A stretch of 64,000 bases of DNA from Macrostomum lignano (Eukaryota). This document shows, piece by piece, positions 1 to 11,450 of this stretch (positions are counted from its first letter, which is position 1; every line of letters starts with the position of its first letter). Below the pieces are notes generated by a model. That model was not told where the DNA came from and ran no database searches. It saw nothing but the letters and a program-made list of their open reading frames with translations. The stretch is from contig NIVC01000514.1 in assembly GCA_002269645.1 (NCBI GenBank), positions 1 to 64,000 of the forward strand. The letters are read 5' to 3'. Made by a program: the position numbers and the translations under genes.

Positions 1-1399
1 AATTATCGAATCGGCCCCTGTTTGAGGCTTCTAAGTCGCAGCTTGAATATATTTTGAAAAAGTTAGGCAACACTTTGAAATTTGTAGTCTAAACTTTATT
101 TAGAATTTCATTCTAGTGCTATCATTAAGAGACGTTATAAAATCACTATTGGTGCCATTAGTTTTTGCATGACGTGATTACTTTCAGAACACTGAATGTA
201 GCTTCTTTAGGCCTGGTACCAGTACGCAGTAGAAGCCAGAGCTGAAATCCTGCTAATGAGCAGATCAACTGACCGGCAAGCCCAGAGCAGTCCGGGCCTG
301 CAAGACCTTAGCAACCAGCTGCTCCCGGTACCGCAGCATCAGCGGATCCCGCACGTAGTCGTCTCGATGCATTTCTCTGGACCCGCCAATCGAATAGTGA
401 TGTAGGCCAGCTACGTTGTACTTTATAAACTCCGTGTTTCGCTCGTTCAAATACTGCCATACATAGTTCACGCCATGCATTAGCACAAAGTGTGGCTTGA
501 TGATCATCTTTGACCGGGAGCCATGGACGTGCACCTCAGCCTCGCGGTTCAGCTTCAGCAGAGTGTGTTCAGCTTCAGGCCGGAGATTGTAGTGTTGGCC
601 GATACCCCGGGATCGCTGGGCCATTCAAGACGGAAAAAAGAGTTCTGAAACAACAGACCACCGATGCTACTGTCCGACATGAAAGCTCGGGTCAGGTCCC
701 GCCAGCTGCGAAACCCCTCACCTCTCGGCACAATCACTTCGTCCGTATCGGTGGAAACCACGAACTCGTACTGTGCTGCAGTTCGCAGTACACAGTCCTG
801 CAGCATTACTATGGTACCGTAGTACTTCACTTCTTCTGCGGAATCCGACGATTTGGTCTTGCCGTCAACTTTTAGTGGTGGGTGGAAGGGAAGTACTGTG
901 ACGTCACTGGCGAACTGCAGGTGAAGATGTTTGTTATGATGGTTGGCTTCATACACTTGTAGGCGAAGTAATATAAGAGGTACGTGTAGCCATGGATATA
1001 CAGAGCTACAAATGTATGCATATTATGTATATTATTCTTCAACTTTTGAGGGAAAACATTGGAAGTCAATATTTATAAAGTCAAAATTACATGTTTTGTT
1101 TGAATAAACAGTTAGGAAGCACTGCAAAGGTTTCAAGGCCACTCACATGATTATTTGAAAGCAGCTCGGTCACTCGCCTGCTCGTTGAGTGCTTGTACAC
1201 AAAGAAATGGTCGCACCGAAAAGGCGGTTCAGTTCCAGCGTCTGCACCAGCTCGTCCACCTTGTCGTACTTGGACTGAAGAGGTGACATGCACACAGCGA
1301 ATCTGCCGTTGCGCACCGGCTCGGACGGCAGCGGAATCACCGGGTGCACTGCGTGGGGCTGACCACAGGCCGACCTGCGGGCAGATGCGACCAGTTGAG

Positions 1400-1508
1400 G
1401 TTCTGAGCTTCAGTTTGTATTCTGAGCTTCAGTTGGGTTCTGAGCTTCAGTTGTATTCTGAGCTTCAGTTTGTATTCTGAGCTTCAGTTTGTATTCTGAG
1501 CTTCAGTT
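1400..1508. repeat. 19-bp minisatellite (AGTTTGTATTCTGAGCTTC), left part, split by the gypsy insertion
   Basis: Tandem units visible directly; the array resumes at 5595. Confidence 0.95.
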
Positions 1509-1714
1509 TGTAGGGTTGCGTTTGGTTTGGGCCGTCGGGGGGGGGCTGCTCTATTAGTATATGTACTTGCATCTCGCTTTCTTCTCTGTACATGCCCACC
1601 ACCCCAGTTGGGTGAGTCACTTTAATCGATCTATCATCGCTGACTATTTAATCGCTCGTAAATTATCGTGCATCAAAATATACTTCGTAAACTTACTCTA
1701 AATTCTCTCTTACA
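1509..1714 (+). repeat. 5' LTR (206 bp)
   Basis: Matches 5386-5594 except for 2 substitutions in the G-run and a short difference near the 3' end. Confidence 0.95.
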
Positions 1715-1748
1715 TTGGTGGCAGCGAGAACCCAGTGCAAGTGCACTC

Positions 1749-2559
1749 ATGGCCCAGAACACCCTTCTACCGCCAAAGTTCAGTGGAACAGACGTGAGAA
1801 AGTGGCTGCGCATCTTTGAGGAATTCGCCAACGATGCGAAATGGGATGACGCGACCTCAGCGTCGAAGGTGAAGCTGCTGCTCACGGGAGAAGCCCAACT
1901 GGTCGTCTATGACCTGGCCGAGACAAGACAAGAGTTTTAAAAGTATAAAGGAGGACCTCACAAAGTTTTATGGAGGCGAAGCGGACAGCTTTAAGGCCAT
2001 GAGCGACTTCTACGCGAAAAAACGTGGAGATGCCGAGACACTGCGTGAGCTCTGCTTTAACCTGAAGCTGCTACACCAGAAAGCCAGACCGGAGGACTCA
2101 ATTGTTCAGCGAGACCGAGATGTGCGCTTCAAGCTTCTGAAGCTGCTCAAGGCCGAAATTCGTGACAACCTGCTTAAGGCAGAGGTCGCAGAGACCCCCA
2201 GCCTGGAGACTCTGCTGCAGCGGGCGGCTCGGCTGGAGGAGCTGGCTGGGCGACAGTCGGTGGCGGCAGTCGGAGCCGTCAGCGCTACATCATCGGCAGA
2301 ACCAAGCGAGGACCGCCTGGACCGACTGGAGAAACGCATGGAGGAGCTCATCGCGAGGGTCAGCGTACAGTCGGGTACCGACACTCGGCGTCGCCGTCAA
2401 CAGCGAGGAGGCGGCTGCTTCAACTGCGGCCAGCTCGGACACCGTGCAGCGCAATGTCAGCAGCGAGAGAAACAGCCGGGTCCGATCATCTGCCACAAGT
2501 GCTCTGGGCGGGGGCACAAGGCCTCTGTCTGCCCATCGAAGGCTCCGGGAAACTTTTAA
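1749..2559 (+). CDS. gag: gag (one frameshift near 1935)
   Basis: MAQNTLLPPKFSGTDVRKWLRIFEEFA... continues in a shifted frame to CFNCGQLGHRAAQC and CHKCSGRGHKASVC. Confidence 0.85.
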
Positions 2560-2594
2560 GGGTTGGTGCAACGGGTGCGGGCCCACACCAACCC
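2547..2594 (+). promoter_or_regulatory. Probable -1 programmed ribosomal frameshift signal, gag to pol
   Basis: Heptamer G GGA AAC at 2547-2553 in gag phase, 6-nt spacer, then stem GGGTTGGTG (2560-2568) / CACCAACCC (2586-2594). The pol frame is -1. Confidence 0.75.
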
Positions 2595-5277
2595 CAAGGA
2601 GCAATCCCGTGCTTCATGCTATTTTTATACCTGGAGAGGCAAACGGCAAGCCGTGCCGCTGGCTGCTGGACACCGGAGCGCAGACCTCGCTGATCAGCGA
2701 CGTTGCTTTGAGAGAGCTGGACGGTCGCTGCGAGCTGAAGCCGGCAGATGTCAGGCCTGTGTCCGTGGACGGCTCCGTTCTCGAGCTGTTAGGAAGCGTG
2801 AGCATTACGGTGCGACTCAGTCATCAGCTGCGCAGACAAATGGACGTGCTGGTGGTCAGAGGGATTCGCCCAAACTTCATCCTGGGGATGGATTTCGTGA
2901 GCAAGGCGGCCAGATCGCAGTTCAGCATCGACCAGGGTGCCAAGACAGTCGCATTCGATGGTGAGGCGGTTCCGTTCAGTAACTGCGATTCCAAGCAAGA
3001 TGGCCCGCTGTCTTGTTGCTTGGTACCCACAGTGATCATCGCCAGAGTTCAGGGCGCCGTCGTGGTACCGCCAAGGTCAGTTAAAGTGGTGGACGTGACG
3101 ACCAAGACCAAGCAGGCACATGGCTGAACCCAGGCAAGAGCTTCTTTGCCTACCGGAGCGTCACGTACCTGGGTCACCAAGTCTCTGAGAGCGGCATCGC
3201 ACCTGCCGCGGAGAAGGTCGAGGCGATCAGGCGGATGCCGGAGCCGCAGTCTGAGGAGGATGTTCGACGCATCATCGGCATGCTCAGCTTCTACCGCAGG
3301 TTTGTGCCCAACTTCTCTGACATTGCCAAACCGCTGCATCACCTGGCTCAGAAAGGCGCGGGCGGCGGCTTCGTGTGGACGTCAGAGCATGCTGCGGTGC
3401 TGGACAAGTTGAAGGACGCGCTGACCCAGGCCCCGGTGCTCCAGCTGCCCGACTTCAGCAGGCCTATCGTCATCAGCTGTGACAGCAGTGCTGTGGCCTT
3501 GGGTGCGGTGCTCAGCCAGGAGCGCGACGGCCAGGAGCTGCCAGTGGCCTACGCTTCCCGGACGCTGAGCAAGGCAGAGCGCAACTACAGCACCACGGAC
3601 CGGGAGCTGCTCGCGATTGTTTGGAGCCTCAAGCAGTTCCGCATGTACCTGAGCAACAGCTGCAAGATCCAGGTGTTCACCGACCACAAGCCGATCACTG
3701 GGCTGCTCAACGCGAAGGAACCAACCGGTCGGCTGGCACGTTGGCTACAGCTCATTCAGGAGTTCCCCCTGGAAATCCTGTACCGGCCCGGCAAGGAGAA
3801 CATCGTGCCAGACACCCTCAGCCGAGCAGCGGCGGTGCAGTTCCAGATCGCTAATCTGCCTGACGAGCAGGACCAGGACCAGGTTCTGCACGCGGGTTCG
3901 GCACGCGATGCTCCAGCCCAACTTTCAAGTTCCGGCGGCGGTGAGTGCATCGGTCCAGAAGCTGCTGCCCTATCTGACGCTGTCACCGGACGGCGCACTG
4001 CTCCACAACGGGTTGCCGGTGATCCCTCAGCACATGAGAGCGGAGCTGCTGCAACAGGCGCACGACCGGCCGAGCGCGGGTCACCTCGGACAGCGGCGGG
4101 TGCTGCAGGCTCTGCGCGAGCGTTCCTGGTGGCCGGACATGCGCGAGGACGTGCGGGACTGGGTGCGGAGCTGCCTGGTCTGCCAACGACGCAAGGGAGC
4201 GCCAAAGCGAGCGCTCGCTGAGCTGGTGCGGCAGCCGCTACCGGCCAAGCCGTGGGCTGTCATGCAACTCGACATCAAGGGCCCACTGCCAGTCACCGAG
4301 TCTGGCAAGCGCTACATCATCTGCTTTGTCGACACATTTTCAAAGTGGGTGGAGGCGGCGGCCCTCGGCCAGATCGACGCCAAGACGGTAGCCGAGGCTC
4401 TGGTGACCTGCGTGGTGCTGCGGCACGGAGTTTCGGAGGTCGTGCACTCGGACCAAGGTCGCCAGTTTGAGGCCGAAGTTTTCAAGCAGACCTGCGCGCT
4501 GCTCGGAGCAGAAAAATCGAGGACCTCACCGTTTCACCCAGCGGCAACGGGAACGTCGAGAGGTTCAATAGGACGCTGGGCAACATGCTTTCCGCATTCT
4601 GCTCAGAGAATCAGGCCAGCTGGGATGCCCTGCTGCCATATGTCGTGTGGGCCTACAACAGCTCTGAGCACAGCTCCACGGGCGAGTCGCCGTTCAAAGT
4701 GCTCCGCGGCATCGAGCCCAGACTGCCGGTCGACTTGGCACTCGGTGGGCAGCGCGACCAGCCGCAGGACTGCGCGGACCTGCAGGCGAGAATCAGGCGC
4801 GGCTTTCAGGTAGTGCGGGCGCACCTGCACACGGCCCAGAAATCGCAGCACGAGTTCTACAACCTAGGGGCAGAGACTACCGACTTCAAGACCGGTGACC
4901 GAGTGATGCTGACGCACCATGCGATGAAGCGCGGCCAGTGCAAGTCGCTGTCGAACCGGTGGTCCGGCCCGTTCATCGTCCTTAAGAAGATCAGCCCTGT
5001 GAACTACCGGCTGCAGGCTGTGAACGGCAGGCGCCGCTTGCTGGTTCACCACGACCGCTTGAAGCGCTTTATCGACCGACCGAATCTGAGCGGCAGGCCG
5101 CCAGCCAAGCCGGCCACCGAGGACGACTGTCAGAGCGTCCAGGACGCCGCGGGCCAGCTGGCCGGCCCGGACGCCTGGGAGCCGCTGCGCAACCCGGACG
5201 CGGCTGAACCCGGCAACACGGTGCGCCGGTCGGGCAGGCAGCGCCGGCGGCCGGATTTTTACACGGCGACCTGTTGA
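2560..5277 (+). pseudogene. pol: pol (PR - truncated RT - RH - IN), disrupted
   Basis: WLLDTGAQTSLI; LNPGKSFF..YLGH..; CDSSAVALGAVLSQ..NYSTTDRELLAIV..FTDHKP; AHDRPSAGHLG..CLVCQRRK; DIKGPLP..DTFSKW..HSDQGRQFE; NRWSGPF. No YxDD motif. Frame changes near 3124, 3890 and 4547. Confidence 0.9.
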
Positions 5278-5385
5278 CGTGCTTTATTTCTGATCGGGAC
5301 TTTTTTCGCGTTGCATGAACTTTTTTTTGTTTGCTTTTGTTTTATCCCGTTTTTTATCCCATGTATTTTTCTTGGGGGAGAGTGA

Positions 5386-5594
5386 TGTAGGGTTGCGTTT
5401 GGTTTGGGCCGTCGGGTGAGGGCTGCTCTATTAGTATATGTACTTGCATCTCGCTTTCTTCTCTGTACATGCCCACCACCCCAGTTGGGTGAGTCACTTT
5501 AATCGATCTATCATCGCTGACTATTTAATCGCTCGTAAATTATCGTGCATCAAAATATACTTCGTAAACTTACTCTAAATTCTCGGCTTTTACA
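5386..5594 (+). repeat. 3' LTR (209 bp)
   Basis: Direct repeat of 1509-1714, preceded by the PPT. Confidence 0.95.
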
Positions 5595-6147
5595 AGTTTG
5601 TATTCTGAGCTTCAGTTTGTATTCTGAGGTTCAGTTTGTATTCTGAGCTTCAGTTTGTATTCTGAGCTTCAGTTTGTATTCTGAGCTTCAGTTTGTATTC
5701 TGAGCTTCAGTTTGTATTCTGAGCTTCAGTTTGTATTCTGAGCTTCAGTTTGTATTCTGAGCTTCAGTTTGTATTCTGAGCTTCAGTTTGTATTCTGAGC
5801 TTCAGTTTGTATTCTGAGCTTCAGTTTGTATTCTGAGCTTCAGTTTGTATTCTGAGCTTCAGTTTGTATTCTGAGCTTCAGTTTGTATTCTGAGCTTCAG
5901 TTTGTATTCTGAGCTTCAGTTTGTATTCTGAGCTTCAGTTTGTATTCTGAGCTTCAGTTTGTATTCTGAGCTTCAGTTTGTATTCTGAGCTTCAGTTGGA
6001 ATTCTGAGCTTCAGTTGGGATTCTGAGCTTCAGTTGGGATTCTGAGCTTCAGTTGGGATTCTGAGCTTCAGTTGGGATTCTAAGCTTCAGTTGGGATTCT
6101 GAGCTTCAGTTTGTATTCTGAGCTTCAGCTTCTATTCTGAGCTTCAG
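5595..6147. repeat. 19-bp minisatellite, right part (about 29 units; TTTGTA and TTGGGA variants)
   Basis: Tandem units visible; reverse complement of the array at 16965-17822. Confidence 0.95.
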
Positions 6148-6159
6148 TCGAAATGCACT

Positions 6160-6243
6160 CAGCCGACTGAGTGGGTCTCCGATTTAGTCATAGTCTGGAA
6201 ACCAGATAGGACACTACGCTTGTTCCTTGACCCCAGAATCTCA
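6160..6243 (+). mobile_element. Short gypsy-type RT N-terminal remnant from a different family
   Basis: Manual translation QPTEWVSDLVIVWKPDRTLRLFLDPRI resembles the PTxWVSPxVxVxKxxGxLRLCLDP motif. Confidence 0.6.
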
Positions 6244-7544
6244 GCGAATTCATCATTTAGGACCGTTACCCAAGACTATCAGAGGATCAATAAAAACTGA
6301 TATGTAAAATGTTGGGACCAAAATTTTCTCTCTTCACTTTCCCTTTGATACAATGTGAGGCTTTCCCTGTATGGACTGCTAACAGCTTTTTATGCACCTT
6401 ATACATGTACGTGATGAATAAACTGCCGTTCGGTCTGAAAGATTATCCGGAGCAACAACAACAAGATACTCTGTCAGGGTTATTAGAAGGAAGCGTCACA
6501 GGGCGCGCCTCTGCGCGAGGTAGCGAACGAATGGCAGTCGCCGAAATGCCAAGTGCGCGCCTGTTGCCGCCGGTAGGGTGTCTGCAGCGTCAGCAGCAGC
6601 ATCTCCTGCATCGGCTGTGGGCAGTACGACGGCGTGGACGATGTGGCCTGCCATTTAGAGTCGCTGACGGCGCAAAAGGTCGTTTGGACGGACCAGGCAG
6701 GCGCGGTGAAAAAAGTGCCGCGTTTGAAAAAAAAATTGCTCGTCGCTGATCCTGAAAGTGGCGAGCAGCAGGCCAGCATGGGCCGCATCTACTTTTCATT
6801 CGAGCGGGTCCGTCAGCGTCTCTTCATGTACCATTTATTAAAAATCGGTTCAGGCATTCAGGCTGTAGACTGAAATACCGGTCGGATCTAAGAGATTTAG
6901 TATATTGTGAATGATGTTTGACGTAGCCCTAATCAAAGATTTTTATATTAGCTTTTCATATCGAGGTTTCAGTAGGTCTGGACCATAGACTGTTGATATG
7001 AAGTGGACTTTGTCGAAAGTGGGAGTGAAGTCTTTAATCTTTTAGACATGTGCCTATCTCTGTGGTGTAATTTCGTTTTCCAAAATTTTAGTTTGCTTTG
7101 GTGCGAAGCTATCCGTACAGAAAGGAGATTCTGATTGTACACTGCTTTAATGAACAACTGTATAGATTTGGTACAAATTTGAACACAGAGAAGCATTTTG
7201 TAGAGGTTAGAATTGACCTTCACTTTCAGTTGTGATGAAAGGGAGTTTGTCTGAAGTGGATGCAGTTTCAGAGATGCTAAGCTTGAAGTGTGGAAGATGA
7301 AGTTCTCACTGTCGAAAGAGGAACTGAGTTTGAATGAAAATTGAGGTAAAATGGTGTACCTTCAAGCGGCAAACAGTGGCAGGACCAAGCTAGGGCAGCG
7401 GAGCGAACGAACGTGCGTCGGCGTGAGCGAAATCGGCGCGGTCGGCTACGTGGTGCCGCCCGACGAGCTGCTGCTGCGCTGGCCCATGCCGATCTTCTGG
7501 TTGGCGCCAGCGACTGTAAAGCTTATTTCAACGGTACCACAAGG

Positions 7545-7990
7545 CACAAGGTCGGGATGCTGAACACCCTCAAGGTCGCCTTGCGGAGAGGAGCTCTGAC
7601 AAAGCTAGCGCTCGACCTAAGCTGTGATATAATCTCTGCAGGAGGTGTATCAAGGCTGACCCGGGGATTCACTGTAAGGACCTGTGTGCCGGATGGATCC
7701 TTTTCTACACATCGGCGGACCAACCAGACGTGGAGGTGTTGGAGCGCTGATAGGACCAAAGCTGCAGCAGAGCTGTCGCTGCGTGACACAGCGGTCGCCC
7801 TCGGAGACCTAAACGCGGTTTTTGTAGGTCGTGACTGTTTGTGACGTCTCGTGAGAACGGCAACAGCAGAGCACTGGAGGACTTCCTGGAGAGGCAGGAC
7901 ATGGTGTCTGCCAACACCCGCTTCCGCAAGCCACTGCCACATTCGTGGGCTGCAAGCGGAGACGGCGGAACTCGCATGCGCGAGTAAAAA
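7545..7990 (+). mobile_element. Decayed APE endonuclease (EEP) fragment of a non-LTR retrotransposon
   Basis: Fragments VGMLNTL..., VALGDLNAV and NSRALEDFLERQDMVSANTRFRKP, in broken frames. Confidence 0.6.
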
Positions 7991-8544
7991 TGACTCATCG
8001 TCTGTTCTGTTTTAGCACAGAAAAGCACGTGACTGCCACATACGCAAGTGACCCTGAGTCACGCGACCAATGTATGACAATCCTACTTTATTTAGCATCT
8101 GACCTTGGATCACGCAGGCTCCCATGATTTTCAGGTCCAAATAGGTAAGTTTCCTTAGGCTAATGGCGCGATTTTCATGCGACTTACGAGGATCTTGACG
8201 CTATCAATGCGGGCTAGCTGAGCTCGATTCTTCCACCGTGAACTCTTACCCGCTACTAAGGAGAGCCAGCCGCCTCTTTCTCCATTTCACGCTTTTGAAG
8301 GTTTTACAGATTCGAGAAGCGCTCAGCACTTCAACAAGAGAGCGACTGCTTCGAAAGATTTTTTCTACTCGTCAAAGTCTTCGTCGAGTCAGTCAGTCAG
8401 TCCACATTTCAATATCGAATTTAGTAATTGCAGTGTCCTACGTGTCGAAATTGTGAAACGCTTAGTAGCAAGGAGCATTGGAAAGGGTTTACGAGCTATT
8501 TACCATCTATTTACAAATTTTACAAAAATCAATTTCAATGCACT

Positions 8545-9514
8545 TGTAGTGAGCCGCTAGTTTAATGTTAGGCGTCGCACTTAGGCAGCAGTTTCCCTCG
8601 CCCGCGCCCTCGCCCTGGGTTGCTGTCTGCCGCTGGTCAGCTTCCCGCCTCCCTTTTGTCTGTCTGTTTGCTGCCCTCTCTCTCTTTGCTGTTCGTTTTC
8701 TGTGCTCCAGTTCTCAGCCTCCAGCTTCTCTGCTGCGGGCTGTCCTTGTTTCGTTCCAGTCCCGTTTCTCCTGTCATGTGACTTGCTCACATGACAGGCC
8801 TTGTTTTCTTGGAGTCCTAAAGAAACTCGCTGGTCCTGTTTACGGGAGAATCACGTGCCTAAGACCCTTTCCTAAGGAGAGGAGTGACTCATGTTTCTAA
8901 AAATAGACACTGAGTCACAGCCTGGCGCACTGTGCCCGCAGACCTCAAGTGACGTCAATTCTAAGGTCTCGTGCGGAGGTCTTGTGCGAGGTCTTGTGCG
9001 GAGGAGAATCCCGCTCTATAAATAGGACCCTTCTCCCCTTGTTTCCGTCAAGGAGTTTTCCGAGACTTGGTCTTCTGAGAGTTTCGTCTTCTAAGACCCC
9101 GTGTGCGCCCTTGTCTGAGATTGAACACCCGTTCTCTGTCTGCGTACATTGAGTTCTCTGCTATTGGTCTGACTGAGACCCATCTAAAGCAAACCCCAAG
9201 CCTGTGAGAGGCTAACAAAGCCCTCCCATCCACCAACCAAGCCTGGCAGGTACTGCTGACGAAACGCCCTGCCGTGTACGTTGAGCTGCAAATCTGCACG
9301 TTGTGCTGAGTTCGTTGACTTCGTTATTTCGTTCCGACGGGAAGCTCACCTCATCGAAGGCCGAGACCTGAAGGAACTGGTGGCAGCACCACCTACGCGT
9401 CTGAGAGCTACGAAGAAGGCTTACGAGAGAAGAGGCTCATGACTTAAGGTAAACTTAAGTGCCTAAACCGGGAAGCAGAAGCTTTGTACTTCACTGGTGG
9501 CAGCGGTGGGATTC
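8545..9514 (+). mobile_element. LTR followed by a tRNA-Leu PBS, internal region absent (5' boundary uncertain)
   Basis: CTATAAATAG near 9017, LTR-like end ..TACTTCA at 9493, then TGGTGGCAGCGGTGGGATTC at 9495-9514, complementary to the 3' end of tRNA-Leu(AAG/TAG type). Confidence 0.65.
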
Positions 9515-11169
9515 AAAGACCTACCAGACCACCTCGAAACAACCCTAAGTACTTCACACTTGACATCTTGGTATTTTTGAATTTAATACAGAGTCTAAAA
9601 TAAGATTTGGTCAGTTTTTTCATCAAAATGGAACCGTGTTCAGTTTGGTCACTCACCTGACGAATGACACGGCATACGGCACCTCCCCATCAGCGGCCGG
9701 GTTCTTGCAGCTAATTAGCCACGATTCGTAGCTCTGGCCCTCACCATCGGGCATAACTTCGATTTCAGCCGGCACGGCCGCCATGACTGAGGCCGCTCGC
9801 CGATACCACAGCTGGCAGAGCACTTTGCCTCCGCCTCCAAACGAAGCAACGGCAAGCACTCGGACCACTGGCCTGCTCGAGCTGTCCCTCCGGTCATGGA
9901 AGGCTGAGTAGGTAAACAAGTTCTGATCGCCTGGTCTGATGCTCTGGAAGCGAAACTCCTTCATTGGGTGCGTGAGGGCGATGGTCTTGTGTTAGGAAAC
10001 TGAATTGGCCTTTGAAATGAATTGATGGAACATGCTTCAATTTCTATGGGGGATGATCTTAAGCTTCTGGATCGCCAGAAAACTTGGCTAGTCAATATTT
10101 TATGGTGGCTAATTTTGATCACCTGCTTTAACAGAAACTGGCAAGCATCCTGCTATGCAAGACAGTTATAGAAGCTATCAATTCAAGAGGACTCAATTAG
10201 CCGCTCAAATCGTCTTAATTTTAAGCCACTGTTACAGGCGTCAGAGCTTCTAAACCTCACTGGCCCGAGCGATTGAGCCTAGAAATCTGATGCGGTTTCC
10301 GGTTAAAGACTGCAGTGGCCTGCACTGTATGAACTCTGCGCAAACTTGAATAAATCGCTCGAGTGAAAGAGGTATAAGCAAGGAAAGCCACAGAAAACCT
10401 TCAATTCACATGTTATAAATTAGATGCTGCATAATTCTAAGAAACACTCAATCTTTTAAAGTATAGGTACACGTAATTAGTGTCTGCGATTGCGGTACAG
10501 CCGCAGAATCGCATGAGGGGGCATTCTAAGGCGCTGTCTGCATATTGTGACGCGATTTAAATGTGTAAAAGCGTGCTCAAACGGATCGTGGTCGCGTATT
10601 GGCTGGAGTCAGTTAATGCACGAGAAATACGAGCGTATAATCAAGATTACAATGTAACAATGTATACTGATGTGGGTCCATGAGAATTGTCCGCAGACGA
10701 ATTGCCCGTCGAGGTTTTCCCGCAATGCTTTGTTGCTGCAGCAAATTTGGCAGCTGGATTCTGTCTGCATTGCCTCCCCCCCCCCCAAAAATATGCATTG
10801 GATATGCAGTTACTATCAAAACGTTTTGATCGGGTAAATCTCTTTATTAAGACTTACTGAGCAATGGGGAGGCAATCAGACAAAATCTGCCTCGTGGCTA
10901 AATGCGCTGCAGGAAAAAAGCTTTGCGGGCAAACCTCGGCGGGAAAAAAACTCGGCGGGCAATTCGCTCGCGGGCAAATTGCACTGCGGGCAAATCTCGG
11001 AGGGAAATTCTCGGCGGGCAACTTGCACTGCAGGCAATTCTCGTGCTCCCGTACTGATTATTTTTCGGCAGCAATTGGCAGCTACGCGGCTTCAGCTCAG
11101 TAAAGCAATTGCTGCCGTTAAAAAATCTGTCCATGTCGTTATTGTAACCCTTTAAAATAAGCTACACTA

Positions 11170-11450
11170 AAGTGCTGCCTGAGCTAACGAAGATCTGCAA
11201 ATGCTGGACCGGATTGAGAATGAATGTGTGCCTGAATCGACCGAGACTCGACGAAAACTTCACGTGGCAAGGTTCCGCCAGTTCCTCAATGAGAAGGGGC
11301 TCTGCCAGGAGTTTGAGCGCGTACCACGGATCGATTCCTGAACGATTACCTGAGGCTTTTCTATTTGTCTCTTCAAAAGCAGAATGGAACATACTACGCG
11401 CCGAAGTCTCTATCTGTTTTCGTGGGGCCATTCACGGCACCTGGAATCCC
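11170..11450 (+). mobile_element. Crypton-like (DUF3504-associated) tyrosine recombinase N-terminal remnant
   Basis: Broken frames read QFLNEKGLCQEFERVPRID / LNDYLRLFYLSLQKQNGTYYAPKSL / ICFRGAIH, resembling LxxxLxxFYxxxRKxxGxxYxxxSL of CryptonA/ZMYM/KCTD1. Confidence 0.5.

Larger units (their letters stand above)
1509..5594 (+). mobile_element. Ty3/gypsy LTR retrotransposon with an internal deletion of most of RT
   Basis: LTRs 1509-1714 and 5386-5594 (TGTAGG...TACA), 4-bp TSD AGTT (1505-1508, 5595-5598), PBS TGGTGGCAGCG at 1716-1726, PPT GGGGGAGAGTGA at 5374-5385. Gag with two CCHC knuckles, protease LLDTGA, RT C-terminal end, RNase H, and integrase (HHCC, DDE, GPF). Confidence 0.95.
265..9958 (-). 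pseudogene. Glycosyltransferase family 92 (DUF23/GALT-1-like) gene, copy A; frameshifted (pseudogene or assembly indels)
   Basis: Exons 9958-9657 (LFTYSAFHDRR..VVRV..LCQLWY), 1374-1147 (FAVCMSPL..LVQTLELNRLFG.DHF) and 914-265 (LQDCVLR..STDTDEVIVPR..RSKMIIKP..GVNYVW..LHHY), with donor and acceptor sites at the same positions as in the + strand paralogue. One base is missing near 1213 (ggtgcgacc vs ggtgccgacc) and there is an extra AC near 565. The 5' exon(s) were not located. Confidence 0.8.

Noticed and set aside
1930-1945. Programmed frameshift within gag at GAGTTTTAAAAG
   Set aside because: The required shift is +1 in the middle of the capsid region with no obvious stimulator; a homopolymer indel is simpler.
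10751-10892. Short inverted repeat (GGCAGCTGGATTCTGTCTGCATTGCCTCCCC and its complement) plus GCGGGCAA repeats
   Set aside because: Too short and degenerate to define an element; no TSD identified.
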